Made by a program: the position numbers and the translations under genes
From: a virus
Reading direction: 5' to 3' (one strand)
Length of the DNA stretch: 64,000 nt
IMG/VR virus record: IMGVR_UViG_3300036766_000416
Location: 32,001 to 96,000 of that record
Part shown: positions 16,454 through 28,200 of the stretch, piece by piece
Layout: each line of letters begins with the position of its first letter
Position numbering within the stretch: the stretch's first letter is position 1
The notes under the pieces: generated by a model
Told to the model about the DNA's origin: nothing
Seen by the model: only the letters and a program-made list of their open reading frames with translations
Database searches by the model: none

Positions 16454-18493
16454 ATGTCCGAAAAACTTATCATCACAGATTTAGACTTCGAGACGATAAA
16501 GACAAATTTGAAGGAATTCCTCAGTTCTCAAACAACCTTCTTGGACTATAATTTCGAGGGTTCCGCTTTATCTATTCTAATAAATTTATTAAGTTATAAC
16601 ACTTATTATTCGGCTTATTATACCAACATGGTGGCCAATGAATTGTTCATCGATTCTGCCCAGGTTCGCAACTCGCTCTTATCTCATTCAAAGTCATTGA
16701 ATTATACCCCCGTATCTCGCCGGGCAGCCACTGCAATTGTTGATATCATGGTGACCCCTCCTGGTGGAAACTTACAGTCGGTGTTGACATTAGATCGGTT
16801 CACTGAATTTCAATCGCAAGCCATCGATGGGGTGAACTACACGTTCGTTCCAGTGGGTTCACAATCTGTGTATAAAGAAAATGGCGTGTTCACGTTTCAG
16901 GACGTGGAAATCAAATCGGGAACCCCTCAACTCGCCACACTCACCTATGATTCATCGAGCAACCCTGCTTCGCGGTTTGAACTCCCTAATGATGACATCG
17001 ACACCGACACCTTGTTGGTGACCGTTCAGGTATCGGACATCAATACGTCCTCTGAGGTCTTTCAACTTTCCTCTGATGTCACAGAGGTCGAATCAACATC
17101 AGCGGTTTATTACTTGAGCACCTCAACCAACAACAAGTACCAGCTAACATTTGGTGACGATGCCATTTCAAAGGCGCTGTCCAACGGAAACATTGTTATT
17201 GCGAGCTATCTGTCCACTCCTGGGGCCGCTGCGAACAAAGCGAATTCGTTTGCGACGGGGTCGATAGGTGGTTTTTCGAATGTCATCATTACTCCAGTTT
17301 CATCGGCCTCCGCTGGTGCTGAACGAGAGTCTGATGATTCAATCCGTCGCAACGCACCCCTGGCATATACTTCCCAAAACCGTGCAGTAACACAGAAAGA
17401 CTATGAATCACTACTCAAGTCCCTGTACCCCAATATTCAGAGTATCTTTGTGTGGGGCGGAGAGGACAATATTCCACCAGTCTATGGTAAGGTGTTTATC
17501 TCGATTGCTCCCAAGGAAGGTGTCATCATCAATGATGCCGAGAAAGTTCGGATTGCTTCTGAGATTCTTGGTCCCATTTCTATTCTCACCATCACACCCG
17601 AACTTGTGGACCCAGACTATGTATATCTCAAATTTGAAACGACCGTGGAAGTGGATGGCAAAAAGACCACGTTGACGGCTCCTCAGATTGTGACGACCGT
17701 GATGTCCTCTATTGTTGATTACTCCGAGGACACGTTCAATCAATTTGGTGCTATTTTCGTCATTTCAAAGTTCAGCCGTGCTATCGACGATTCCCTGACC
17801 GCGATCATCGGGTCTGATACCACGGTGCGATTGGAGAAACGCTTCACACCTACTCTCAACACACGTTCAACCTATACGGTGAGTTTTGCGACACCACTGC
17901 ACCATGCTCCGATTCAGACCGCCCTCAAGTCAACGGCGTTTACGGTGTTTGACGGAACAGACATTCTACGTACTGCATACCTAGAGGAGATGTTCAATTC
18001 TTCTACTGGGGTTGATTCGATTATGATTACTAACCCAGGATTCAATTATGTCGATCCACCAACAATCACGATCACTGGAGATGGAACGGGTGCGTTAGCT
18101 GAAGCGACGATTGTGAATGGACGCATTGAAACGATTACGGTGACGAAACGTGGGACTTCCTATACTTCAGCCATCGTAACAATTTCTGGAGGTGTTGGTG
18201 AGGGTGGGGAGGCCTCGGCAGTCGTCCAATCAAAATATGGGACCTTGCGGTTGTTCTACTACAACAGCAATTCAGAAAAAGTTGATATCGACCCAGAAAT
18301 TGGGACGATTGATTATTTCAAGGGTGAGATTGTGATTTCGGATTTGCGTGTTGTGGAGTCATTGACAGACACAGAGGATATTCGAATCAGCGTGGAGCCC
18401 GAAGAGTCGATCATTGAAACCCAGCAGAACCAATTGCTGCTACTTGACTCCAATGATCCAACTGCTATCAACATCTCTGTGGTTGTGCGGTAA
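16454..18493 (+). CDS. 6: Baseplate wedge protein gp6
   Basis: DLDFETIKTNLKEFL..DYNFEGS; ANELFIDSAQVRNS; SQNRAVTQKDY; VWGGEDNIPPVYGKVFISI; GTIDYFKG. Confidence 0.95.
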   Translation: MSEKLIITDLDFETIKTNLKEFLSSQTTFLDYNFEGSALSILINLLSYNTYYSAYYTNMVANELFIDSAQVRNSLLSHSKSLNYTPVSRRAATAIVDIMVTPPGGNLQSVLTLDRFTEFQSQAIDGVNYTFVPVGSQSVYKENGVFTFQDVEIKSGTPQLATLTYDSSSNPASRFELPNDDIDTDTLLVTVQVSDINTSSEVFQLSSDVTEVESTSAVYYLSTSTNNKYQLTFGDDAISKALSNGNIVIASYLSTPGAAANKANSFATGSIGGFSNVIITPVSSASAGAERESDDSIRRNAPLAYTSQNRAVTQKDYESLLKSLYPNIQSIFVWGGEDNIPPVYGKVFISIAPKEGVIINDAEKVRIASEILGPISILTITPELVDPDYVYLKFETTVEVDGKKTTLTAPQIVTTVMSSIVDYSEDTFNQFGAIFVISKFSRAIDDSLTAIIGSDTTVRLEKRFTPTLNTRSTYTVSFATPLHHAPIQTALKSTAFTVFDGTDILRTAYLEEMFNSSTGVDSIMITNPGFNYVDPPTITITGDGTGALAEATIVNGRIETITVTKRGTSYTSAIVTISGGVGEGGEASAVVQSKYGTLRLFYYNSNSEKVDIDPEIGTIDYFKGEIVISDLRVVESLTDTEDIRISVEPEESIIETQQNQLLLLDSNDPTAINISVVVR

Positions 18494-18498
18494 ATTTT

Positions 18499-20847
18499 AT
18501 GGCTAATACAATTTCCCTACTGATTCGCCAACAGTTACCTGAATACATAAGATCAGATTATGATACATTTGTAGAGTTCGTAGAAAGTTATTACGAGTGG
18601 ATGGATTTGCAAGGCAATACCATTGATCTCAGCAAAAACATTCCCGCCTACATGGACCTCGACACAAGCCTCAATGCGTTTATTGAGTTTTTCACGAAGC
18701 AATTTTTGCCGCTGTTCCCACCAGATTTATTGACGAACCCCACATTCTTTATTCAGCACGCCAAAGAATTTTATCGCACCAAAGGTACCGCCAAAGCAGT
18801 GAGGTTGCTTTTTCGGTTACTTTACAACCAAGATATTGATATTTTCTATCCAAAAGAGAGTGTGCTGAGAGCATCATCAAGCGGTTGGACCAATACCCCT
18901 TCACTGAGGATGGACCCCACCATGTGGACCATCCAATATGGTGACGGGGCTAACACTCGGTTCAGGGCATTGGACACCTCTATTGGAACAACTGTAGTGG
19001 TCTATCTCAATTCGGTGTTGCAGACCTCTGGGTACAATCACAGCCCCAATGAACCCTATATTATTTTCACTGTTGCTCCAGGTGATGGTGTCGAAGTCAA
19101 AGTTGAATACATCGGAGAAGAACTGATCGATTTATTTGACACCAATGAAATTGTGGTGCGCTGGGTGGGTCAATCTTCGGGTGCTAGTGGAATCTCAGAA
19201 ACACTTCAAGAAGTTGTTGATAGTGGTATTACACAAATGGACATGCGTATATCTAAACCTCTGGGCACCCTAACACAATATGAGGTCGTGAAGGGCCGTT
19301 GGGTATACGATATAGATACGGGTGCGTATGTCGATATCTATGGTCGCCTCGTGTCGTACCTTATTGATATTCAAATCGTTGAAGGGGGATTGAGTTACAA
19401 TGTGGGGGACCCCGTGATTGTGACGGGTGGATTCCCTGCAAATAATGCCACAGCGGTCGTGGACTCTATTTTCTCGGCTCTTATTTCCAACATCACGGTT
19501 CTGAAAGGTGGAGCGGGGTATCAACCAGGCCAAGCAGCCTACATCACCTCCACACCTAACACGGGCTTGAATGCCTTTGTGCTTTCCGTTGATACCTCTG
19601 GAAATGTTCACCCCAATTCCTATCCAATCAATCAAGACGTGATCAATCTCTGGGCCAATGTGGCGATGTCGGACTCGGATTTCTATTTTACTCCGGGTGT
19701 GTCAGAGAATGTCAATACGCTTATGTCCGTTGCGTTCACGGATATGATCTTTGGTGAACAAGGTCCTGAGAGACTTGGACCTATCACCGCTATGACCATT
19801 ACGAGCAGCACACAGGTTTTTAATCCAGCACCAACGCTGAATGTCGATTCTCCTATTGTGGTTGTGACAGGTATCAATGCGAATGGAAATGTTGCGGTTG
19901 CCAATGTCCCGTTATCTTATTTTGGGATATTGGGTCGCATGAATGTTGTTCATGGAGGTAGCGGATATGTCGGAGGAGATGAGGTTTCGTTCGAGAATAT
20001 ACCAGGCATAGGTCTTGGTATTGGTGCAGCAGCAGAGGTTATTTCAACACACTCTGCGAATTCGGGAATCAAGGAGGTTCGTTTTAGGCCCTCGCGTGTT
20101 ACAGGAAATGTCAACGTCAATATTTCCGTTTCGAATACACAGGTTGTGGGTACAGGAACATTCTTTACAACAGAATTATTTGCGAACGACCGTATTGAAA
20201 TCAACAGCGAATCGACCTATGCGACCACGATTATCAACAACACTCACCTGACCGTGAATACTGCGTTTACCAAGAATTCCACTTCAAGAAAGCTGGGTGT
20301 CTATGGACGATATTTTATTGGTGGCATGAATTATCGTCAGGACAAACGCCCCATTGTTCATGTCAGTTCGATCAATCCAGCGGCGTCTGATGCGAACCTT
20401 GAGGTTGAAGTGGTTATTTCAAATGGTGCGTCTTTCTTGCTGGAGCCCCAGACCGAGGAACCGTTTGGAAAGATCAAAACCATCAGAATCACCAACCATG
20501 GTTATGGGTACCAAACCGCTCCAACGATTGATCTTAGTGGGAGTGGCAACGGAAGGGCCAACGCAGTTGCGGTTATGTTGAGCAATCTATTCTCTGCACC
20601 CGGCCGGTTCCAAACTACAGAGGGGTTTTTGAGTTCAGATCAAAAGCTCCAGAATGCAGATTACTATATGACGTTCTCCTATGTGGTGAGGTCTCAGACA
20701 GAACTTGGAAAATATAAGTCTATTCTCAAGGACCTCGTACACCCTGCTGGTGTAAAGTTGTGGGGGGAATATCTCATCGACTCGGTGCTTCCGGGCGATT
20801 TGGGGTTGTCAGCAAATATTGCTAATACATACCAAACGTCCAGCTAG
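18499..20847 (+). CDS. 7: Baseplate wedge initiator gp7-like
   Basis: QQLPEYIRSDY..FVEFVESYYEW; EFYRTKGT..LFRLLY; LQNADYYMTFSYV; VHPAG. Confidence 0.85.
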   Translation: MANTISLLIRQQLPEYIRSDYDTFVEFVESYYEWMDLQGNTIDLSKNIPAYMDLDTSLNAFIEFFTKQFLPLFPPDLLTNPTFFIQHAKEFYRTKGTAKAVRLLFRLLYNQDIDIFYPKESVLRASSSGWTNTPSLRMDPTMWTIQYGDGANTRFRALDTSIGTTVVVYLNSVLQTSGYNHSPNEPYIIFTVAPGDGVEVKVEYIGEELIDLFDTNEIVVRWVGQSSGASGISETLQEVVDSGITQMDMRISKPLGTLTQYEVVKGRWVYDIDTGAYVDIYGRLVSYLIDIQIVEGGLSYNVGDPVIVTGGFPANNATAVVDSIFSALISNITVLKGGAGYQPGQAAYITSTPNTGLNAFVLSVDTSGNVHPNSYPINQDVINLWANVAMSDSDFYFTPGVSENVNTLMSVAFTDMIFGEQGPERLGPITAMTITSSTQVFNPAPTLNVDSPIVVVTGINANGNVAVANVPLSYFGILGRMNVVHGGSGYVGGDEVSFENIPGIGLGIGAAAEVISTHSANSGIKEVRFRPSRVTGNVNVNISVSNTQVVGTGTFFTTELFANDRIEINSESTYATTIINNTHLTVNTAFTKNSTSRKLGVYGRYFIGGMNYRQDKRPIVHVSSINPAASDANLEVEVVISNGASFLLEPQTEEPFGKIKTIRITNHGYGYQTAPTIDLSGSGNGRANAVAVMLSNLFSAPGRFQTTEGFLSSDQKLQNADYYMTFSYVVRSQTELGKYKSILKDLVHPAGVKLWGEYLIDSVLPGDLGLSANIANTYQTSS

Positions 20848-20851
20848 ATCA

Positions 20852-20859
20852 CATAAATA
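20852..20859 (+). promoter_or_regulatory. Late promoter CATAAATA upstream of gp8
   Basis: Intergenic, same variant as at 8225. Confidence 0.75.
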
Positions 20860-20881
20860 GGACAATTAGACAAGGAATTCT

Positions 20882-22222
20882 ATGGCGAACAATTTCTCAA
20901 ATGTTTCCAGACGCCTCGGGTATGAGCGAGCTTTCACCTTCTATGATAGCTTTGTCACTACTGCGAACGATGCTGCAGTTGGTTACATAATGCTCGGAAG
21001 GAACATTTCTTGGAATGCGAATGACGAACCTATAGCCATCTACGATACTGAAAACACCTTATTCGATACCTATAACAATTTCCTAGGTGGAAAGAAAATC
21101 ACGGGTAATGACGTATTTCCCGTTATCCCCAGGGTCAATTGGGTGGCGAATACTGTCTGGACTCAATATGATGATGATAGCAATACCCTATTTACCTCAA
21201 CCAATTCCATGTATGTGTATGCTTCGGGCGGTAATGTCTACAAGTGTCTAAATAACGCTAATGGTGCTTACTCGACTATCGAACCCGCTAATAACTATTC
21301 AAGCGCAAATGGGTTCACATCACCAGGCGACGGGTACCTTTGGAAATATATGTATAAGGTGCCCAGTTCTAGTAAATTTCTTACGTCCGACTGGATACCA
21401 GTTCCATTAACCCAAACGGGGGCCTATTTCGGGTTTGCCAACAACCTTGTGGTTGGAGCCATCTCTCGCATTATCCTGACAAATGGTGGCGCCGGGTATT
21501 CAAACACCAACACCACGGTTTCTGTTACGGGTTCTGGGACCTCTGGGAATGTCACAGCCAACGTCAACGCAAACGGCAACGTGATTGCCGTGACACTCAA
21601 TAACAGGGGCGTAGGCTACTTGAGAAATAACACTCGAATCAGAGTAGTGGGTTCTGGGGCAAGTGCCGTTATCAGGTATATCTTGTCACCTTATGGTGGA
21701 CATGGGTACAACCCAGCCCGTGAATTGGGGTCCAATTCGGTGATGCTTTCGGTGAAAGTAGGAGAGGTTGATTCTACTGAAGGTCTCAAGATTACAGCCA
21801 ATAATGACTTCAGACAGATTGGGCTCCTTATGCGCCCTAATCGCTATGGTGAAAACACCACAGTTACCACGGCTAATGCTAACATTGCGGTGACCATGGT
21901 CACCCAGATCATCTTGACTTCTGGTCCATCATATCTTCAGGATGAGTTGGTGTATCAGGGTGCTAATGTGGCGTATTCCACCTTCTCAGCAAATGTATCT
22001 GACGTGTTCACCAACGCAGTTGAAACGACGCATCGGCGCGGAACTCCTATTCCAGGGGACCTGTTGATTGGGCAGACCTCGGGTATTTCACGCACATTGG
22101 TTGCTTTTACCAACCCCGACCTGGATGAGGAGTCTGGTGACCTGGTCTATGCAGAGAACCGATCCCTGGTCTTGCGTTCAGCGGGTCAGTCTGAGTGGGT
22201 GAAAATAGTCTTGAACTTCTAA
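20882..22222 (+). CDS. 8: Baseplate wedge protein gp8
   Basis: PVIPRVNW; VYKCLNN; DGYLWKYMY; GGHG..ELG; DFRQIGL; SGDLVYAENR..QSEWVKIVLNF. Confidence 0.92.
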   Translation: MANNFSNVSRRLGYERAFTFYDSFVTTANDAAVGYIMLGRNISWNANDEPIAIYDTENTLFDTYNNFLGGKKITGNDVFPVIPRVNWVANTVWTQYDDDSNTLFTSTNSMYVYASGGNVYKCLNNANGAYSTIEPANNYSSANGFTSPGDGYLWKYMYKVPSSSKFLTSDWIPVPLTQTGAYFGFANNLVVGAISRIILTNGGAGYSNTNTTVSVTGSGTSGNVTANVNANGNVIAVTLNNRGVGYLRNNTRIRVVGSGASAVIRYILSPYGGHGYNPARELGSNSVMLSVKVGEVDSTEGLKITANNDFRQIGLLMRPNRYGENTTVTTANANIAVTMVTQIILTSGPSYLQDELVYQGANVAYSTFSANVSDVFTNAVETTHRRGTPIPGDLLIGQTSGISRTLVAFTNPDLDEESGDLVYAENRSLVLRSAGQSEWVKIVLNF

Positions 22223-22231
22223 CACAGAGCA

Positions 22232-22239
22232 TATAAATA
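22232..22239 (+). promoter_or_regulatory. Late promoter TATAAATA
   Basis: Exact consensus, intergenic. The leader carries a GGGAG RBS. Confidence 0.85.
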
Positions 22240-22267
22240 CTTTTATTCAAAGGCTGGGAGCAATTTC

Positions 22268-25200
22268 ATGGCTATCGACTTGACGCAGAATCCATATTTC
22301 GACGATTTTGACGAAACCAAGAATTATCACAAGATATTGTATCGTCCAAGTTTTGCCGTTCAGTCCCGTGAACTCACTCAATCTCAGACCATTCTCCAAG
22401 ACCAAATCAAGAAATTTGGTAACCACATCTTCCAAAATGGTTCTATTGTCTCTGGTGGGCAGTCGATGCTTGAAACCACCGCAACGAAATATGCGTGTAT
22501 TGAAGATACGGACCCCACGGGCAACGAAATTGACGTAGACAATTTTATTGGTCAGTTTATTGTTGACTCAGCTAACACCGGTGTCCGAGCTTATGTTATT
22601 GCCGGCGCCGCGGCCACTTTGACCTCCCCAACAGTCCTTATTCTCAAATACACCTCCGGTCAAACACTCAATGTCGCTAATACAATGCCTATTAGGACAG
22701 AAGATGGCTTATATTCAGCCAACCTGTTGTCCAACGTGGTTAGCTTTACAGATGTCACAAGTGGTAACACGCTCGGTAATGCGTCCGTCTGCAGCGTTGA
22801 TGAAGGGGTGTTCTTTGTTGATGGGTACTTTGTCCAGGTATCACCGCAAACTGTTATTCTCAATGCGTTTGATAATACCCCCACCTATCGTATCGGATTA
22901 CAGATTGATGAGGCTATTGTTGATGCGACCGAGGATGCATCGCTACTCGACCCAGCGCAAGAAGCGACAAATTTTCAGGCACCTGGCGCGGACCGCTATC
23001 AAATAAATTTGACCCTGGTCAAACGATCCTTGACGTCCACAGACGACACCAAGTTTATTGAGTTGATTCGCGTGTCGAATGGAACTCTCACCAAGAAAGT
23101 TGTCTATCCAGTCTACTCCGCATTAGAGGAAACCCTCGCCCGTCGAACAAACGACCAATCGGGTTCTTTCACTGTTCGTCCATTCAAGATTGCGACCGTC
23201 TCTCATCCAACGTATGCGAATGCGTATAACATTGTTGTGGAACCAGGTAAGGCCTATGTGCAGGGTTACGAATTTGAAACCATCGGACCAACAGTGATCA
23301 AGTCTGAACGAGCAAGAACCGCAGCGAATGTTACAAACTATAACACCACGATTGATTATCAGAACTGGTTAGAAGTCACTCGACTTGCTGGCCCCATCCC
23401 ATTCAAAACACTTCAGGCCGGAGTCATTCATTGCGTCAGCACTGCCAACATTGCAGTTTCCAATGCTGCTGTGGCATCAAATACAGTTATAGGAACACTT
23501 CGTATCCGTGCGTTGGATTTTCAAAGTGGTGCGAACGCTTCATCGATCATCAACTCAGTTTGGCGCGCCTACACATTTGATGTTGATGTGGGTGAGAGTG
23601 CGACGTGTAATTGTGGCGCAACAGGTTCCGCAAACACCATGTATCTTGCTCCAAATTTCTCGTCTATTGCCAATGCGTATGTAGGTGTCAAATTCACTGT
23701 CACAAATCATGCTGGAGCGGCGCTTGATGAAACACATACAATTGGACAGTATGACGGGGCCAACAATTTGGCAACTCTACAGGGCACGGAGACGTTCGCG
23801 TTTGGCACTCCTACGACCGCAACTCAATTCAGACTCAACTTCGAATTCAAAGACGCAGAGTGTGTTGTGTATGCGAACACCACCACAAACCAGCATATCT
23901 TTTCAACAACAATGGACGTCAGTTCTTCGAGCAAAGAAGCATTTTTGATTGACCGGTATGAGGGAGCATTCCTTACTGACACTGGATTCAACCGTTCGAT
24001 TCTTGAACTACCCTACCCGACTATTGCTGATCAAACTGTGGTGGGTGGTCTGCCGTTGACCAATACCGAGTACTTCGGACGTAAATCCTACACTGGGCAG
24101 AGTTTCACAGCGAATGTCACCACGATCACCAGTGCCGCAGGTATTACTTCCGCAGTCAATGGGTCACTATCGGGTTCTGATGCTGTAGACAATATTCTCG
24201 TGGTTGTGAAGAACAACACAGGTTCCCCTCTGGGTAATAACCAAGTTATCAATTTTTCATCTGGCAACCCAGACGGCAATACGGTTTCTGTCACCACCGT
24301 TAGCAATACCTCTACGTGGATTATTACGGTGCCTAATATGAACAGCGCGGCATCGGCCGATGTGTATGTGAAGGTCAAATTGCCCTATTCGCACGTCATT
24401 GGAAGTCTGCTTCGCAGCAAAACTGCGAGAATTGCGAACGTGGCCAGTGGGTTGAATTCTGGTGGTGTTCAGATACCTGATACGACTGGATTGGTTCAGT
24501 GGTTCTCACAAGGTTCCGGTACCCTAGGTGCTCAAATCACCATTTACGCGAACTCTGCAGCATGGCTCAATCTCAAGGACCCATCGAAGGCACAATCCCT
24601 CTTTACAGCAGACGTATCCTCGCTTCGCAAAGTCATTGATGTTGGAACGAATGTTATTGAAGATGGCAACGTCGCTATCGCCGCAGATATCACCAATCGC
24701 TATACCCTCGACAATGGACAACGCGACAATTCCTATGACCATGCCTCCATCACCTTGAAACCACAATCTCAGGGGCCAACAGGTAATGTGGTCATTTATG
24801 TGGATTACTTCGCACACTCTGGATTGGGATACCTCACGGTTGATTCGTATATTTCGGGAAACGTGAGCTATGCGAATATCCCATCATATACATCAGCCAC
24901 CACAGGGCAGGTGTTCTTGTTGCGCGATTGTATCGATTTCCGCCCTCGTCGCCAGGATGCCGATTTCCTAGGTATCTTTGATGAAGAGTTGTTTGGAATA
25001 TCTGGTCTCACATTTGAGACCGATTTTTCCTACTACCTAGCCCGCATTGACAAAATCATGTTGACAAAAGATCGGGTGTTTGAAGTGTTGTCTGGTGTTC
25101 CGTCCCTGTTCCCGGTATCTCCGGCGGACAAAGACAACGCGATGACGTTATACACCCTCGTATTGCCTCCATTTACTGCGACGACCAAAGAAATCCGACA

Positions 25201-28200
25201 ACGCTATAACGATAACCGGCGCTATACCATGCGCGACATTGGTACATTGGAAAAGCGTATTTCAAACTTGGAATACTACACCTCCTTGAACTTGCTTGAA
25301 CAAACCGCAAAGAACCAGGAAATCACGGATGATGTGGGTGGCAATCGTTTCAAGAATGGTATTCTTGTAGACCCATTCAAAGGACACTCGATTGGTGATG
25401 TGCTTAACGTGGATCACATTTGCTCTGTTGATCCGCAGAACGGTGAATTACGTCCACCATTCGTTCCACGTAGTTTGTTTCTTTCTTTAGTACCGACTAA
25501 CTCAACAAATTATGCGCGTAAGGGGGCATTCCTCACGCTACCCTATACCGTTCGAACCCTTATTGATCAATCATTCTCCTCACAGGCGATCAATGTCAAT
25601 CCATTCAATACGGTTTCGTTTATTGGCCAACTACAGCTTGATCCAACATCGGACATCTGGGTGGACCGAGACCAAGCACCCGATGTGAATGTGAACCTTG
25701 AGGGTGACGCCGATGCTTGGGAAGCTCTGGCATTTACTGTCAATAAATCGGCAGCCAATGGCACCTTTGGAGAAACTACATTCGGGACTATCTGGAATGA
25801 TTGGAACACATCATTCTATGGTGAAAATAAATTATCTGATAGGAAGATTGTTCCTAAAAACCGCGGTTGGTTGGGGCCATTGGGGCACTATGTTCCTGTA
25901 TATGGCAATGTTCTCAACCGTAGCACAACCGAGATCACTCAAACGCGGGCCCGCTCGGGCGTCACCTCCAAATTTTCAACTGAGGTGATCACCGAATCCA
26001 TTGGCAACAAGGTCAAAGATGTATCGGTCATCCCGTATATTCGTTCAAGGGGGGTGTTGTTTGTTGGAAAAATGTTCGCACCCAACACAAACCTCTATGC
26101 GTTCTTTGATGAAACGGCGGTGACGAATTATTGCAACAGACCGAACATTGTCAAGGTAGCCGATAATGATGTGGATTACCAAGACGATTACCAAGACACC
26201 GAAACAGTTCGTGTGTGGGACCCCGCAAGAGGCCAGAACACCGCCTTTGGTGTTGTCGCATTGAGCCGTAATGAGCCCGATTACAGCAACGTCAGTGTCA
26301 TCAATGTAACTGGGGGCGATGACGCGAACATTGCGAATGCGTATTTTGTTCACTCAACGAATTCGACGTTCTTGATTGGAGAAACCAGTGGAGCAAATTC
26401 GCGCATCTCTGGGTACTATCATAATGCAGGATTTGTTACGAATCCCAATGTGTCGAGCATTCTCTTGTCGCATGACATTGCCAATTCCAATAATGGCATC
26501 TCCAATACAACAATCGTGGGACAGACTATCTATTTCACTGCTGGTGAGGGTCTCGGTCAATCCTCAGTGATTACTTCATACAATTACATTACGCGTAACG
26601 CGTCGTTCAGTCCAGCGGTAACGGTAACACCAAACACCGAAACTGCCTATTCAATTGGACAATTCCAAAGTGATTATCGTGGTGAATTCTCGGGTATCTT
26701 TGTCATTCCATCCAATGATAACACAAGATTTCGCACCGGGGATAGACAATTCACATTCGTCGATTCCTTCTCTGGAAACCTAGAAGGTTCGGGAACCAAC
26801 GGTTCAGTCACCTATCAAGCTTCGGGTCTCTTGGAGACGTTGGAAAATACGATTATCTCGACGCGTGTTCCTGTTGTTCAGCGCACCGTGTTGAATCAAG
26901 CCAAAACCACTGTTACCTCAAAAATTACTGATACTGTTGTTGGGAAAATCCAAGTCGGCTATTGGGACCCTCTCGCCCAAACATTCCTGGTCGATCAGAC
27001 ATTCCATCCATCTGGTGTCATGATTACGGGTATTCGTTTGCTCATTAAGAGTACGGACCCTAATATCCCAATGGAAATACAGTTACGCCCTGTGGTCAAT
27101 GGATTCCCACATTCCTCTCAGGTTATACCTGGTTCTGATGTTGTGCTCAACGCCAGTGATATCAACCTTTGCTCTGAGGAATCCCTCGCTGCGGTGAACG
27201 CCGCGGGAGAGAATCCTTTGGATGATGGCACACTCTATACACAAATCGACTTTAGCGGACCTGTGTTCCTGCAGCAAGGGGCCGAGTATTGCGTGGTCCT
27301 AATGGCGAATTCTGTGAAGTACCAAGTCTACGTCTCACGAATGGGTGACAAGTTACTGGGCACAGAACGACTCATCTCTTCGCAACCATACCTGGGAGTC
27401 TTGTTCAAGTCACAGAACTCAACCACATGGAACCCAATTCAGGAAGAGGACTTGACGTTCCGCTTGCTGTATGCGGAGTTTGATACCAGCGTGCAGTCGA
27501 ACATCGAATTTCAATTGTCCTCTTCGAATGCTATTAGCGCCAATGTGCCACTGGATACGTTCTATATTTCATCAGGTAACCTCTTGTTGCCAAATACCAG
27601 TATCAATGCGTTGTTTGCTTCCACGACTTCTACAGGCGTCAAGGAAGAAAATAGGATCATTCCGTTGGATGAGAATATTTATTTCGATGATACAATCGGG
27701 CGCCGGGTGGCCACGAGCACTGCAACTTCTTTCAAGTTGCGCCTGCTCTTGTCGTCGTTAAATGAGGATATTTCACCTATTGTGGATATGGACCGGCTCT
27801 CATTGTTGGCTATTGAGAACCTTGTCAATAACTTGCCACTGACTAACAATTCATTGGTGGTGATCAGTTCAAGCAACAATTGGATCACTGCGGCAAACCT
27901 CACTGTCACGATTTCGGGTGGAGGTGGCAGCGGGGCTAATGCGTATATTGCCAACACACAAATCGATAGCAATAATAGAGTCCTCGCCAACGTAGTGGTC
28001 GATCTCTCAGGAAGCGGATATACCACCACTCCGACAGTGACCATCACGGGCAATAACACCATTACTGCGAACGTGCAGGTAGTTGGTGAGGATCGTTCAT
28101 CGGGTGGTCCGGCATACGCTCGTTACATTACACGAAAGGTCACCCTTGCTGATGGTCTGGACGCCGGAGATTTCCGTGTATTCTTTGAGGCCTATAAGCC

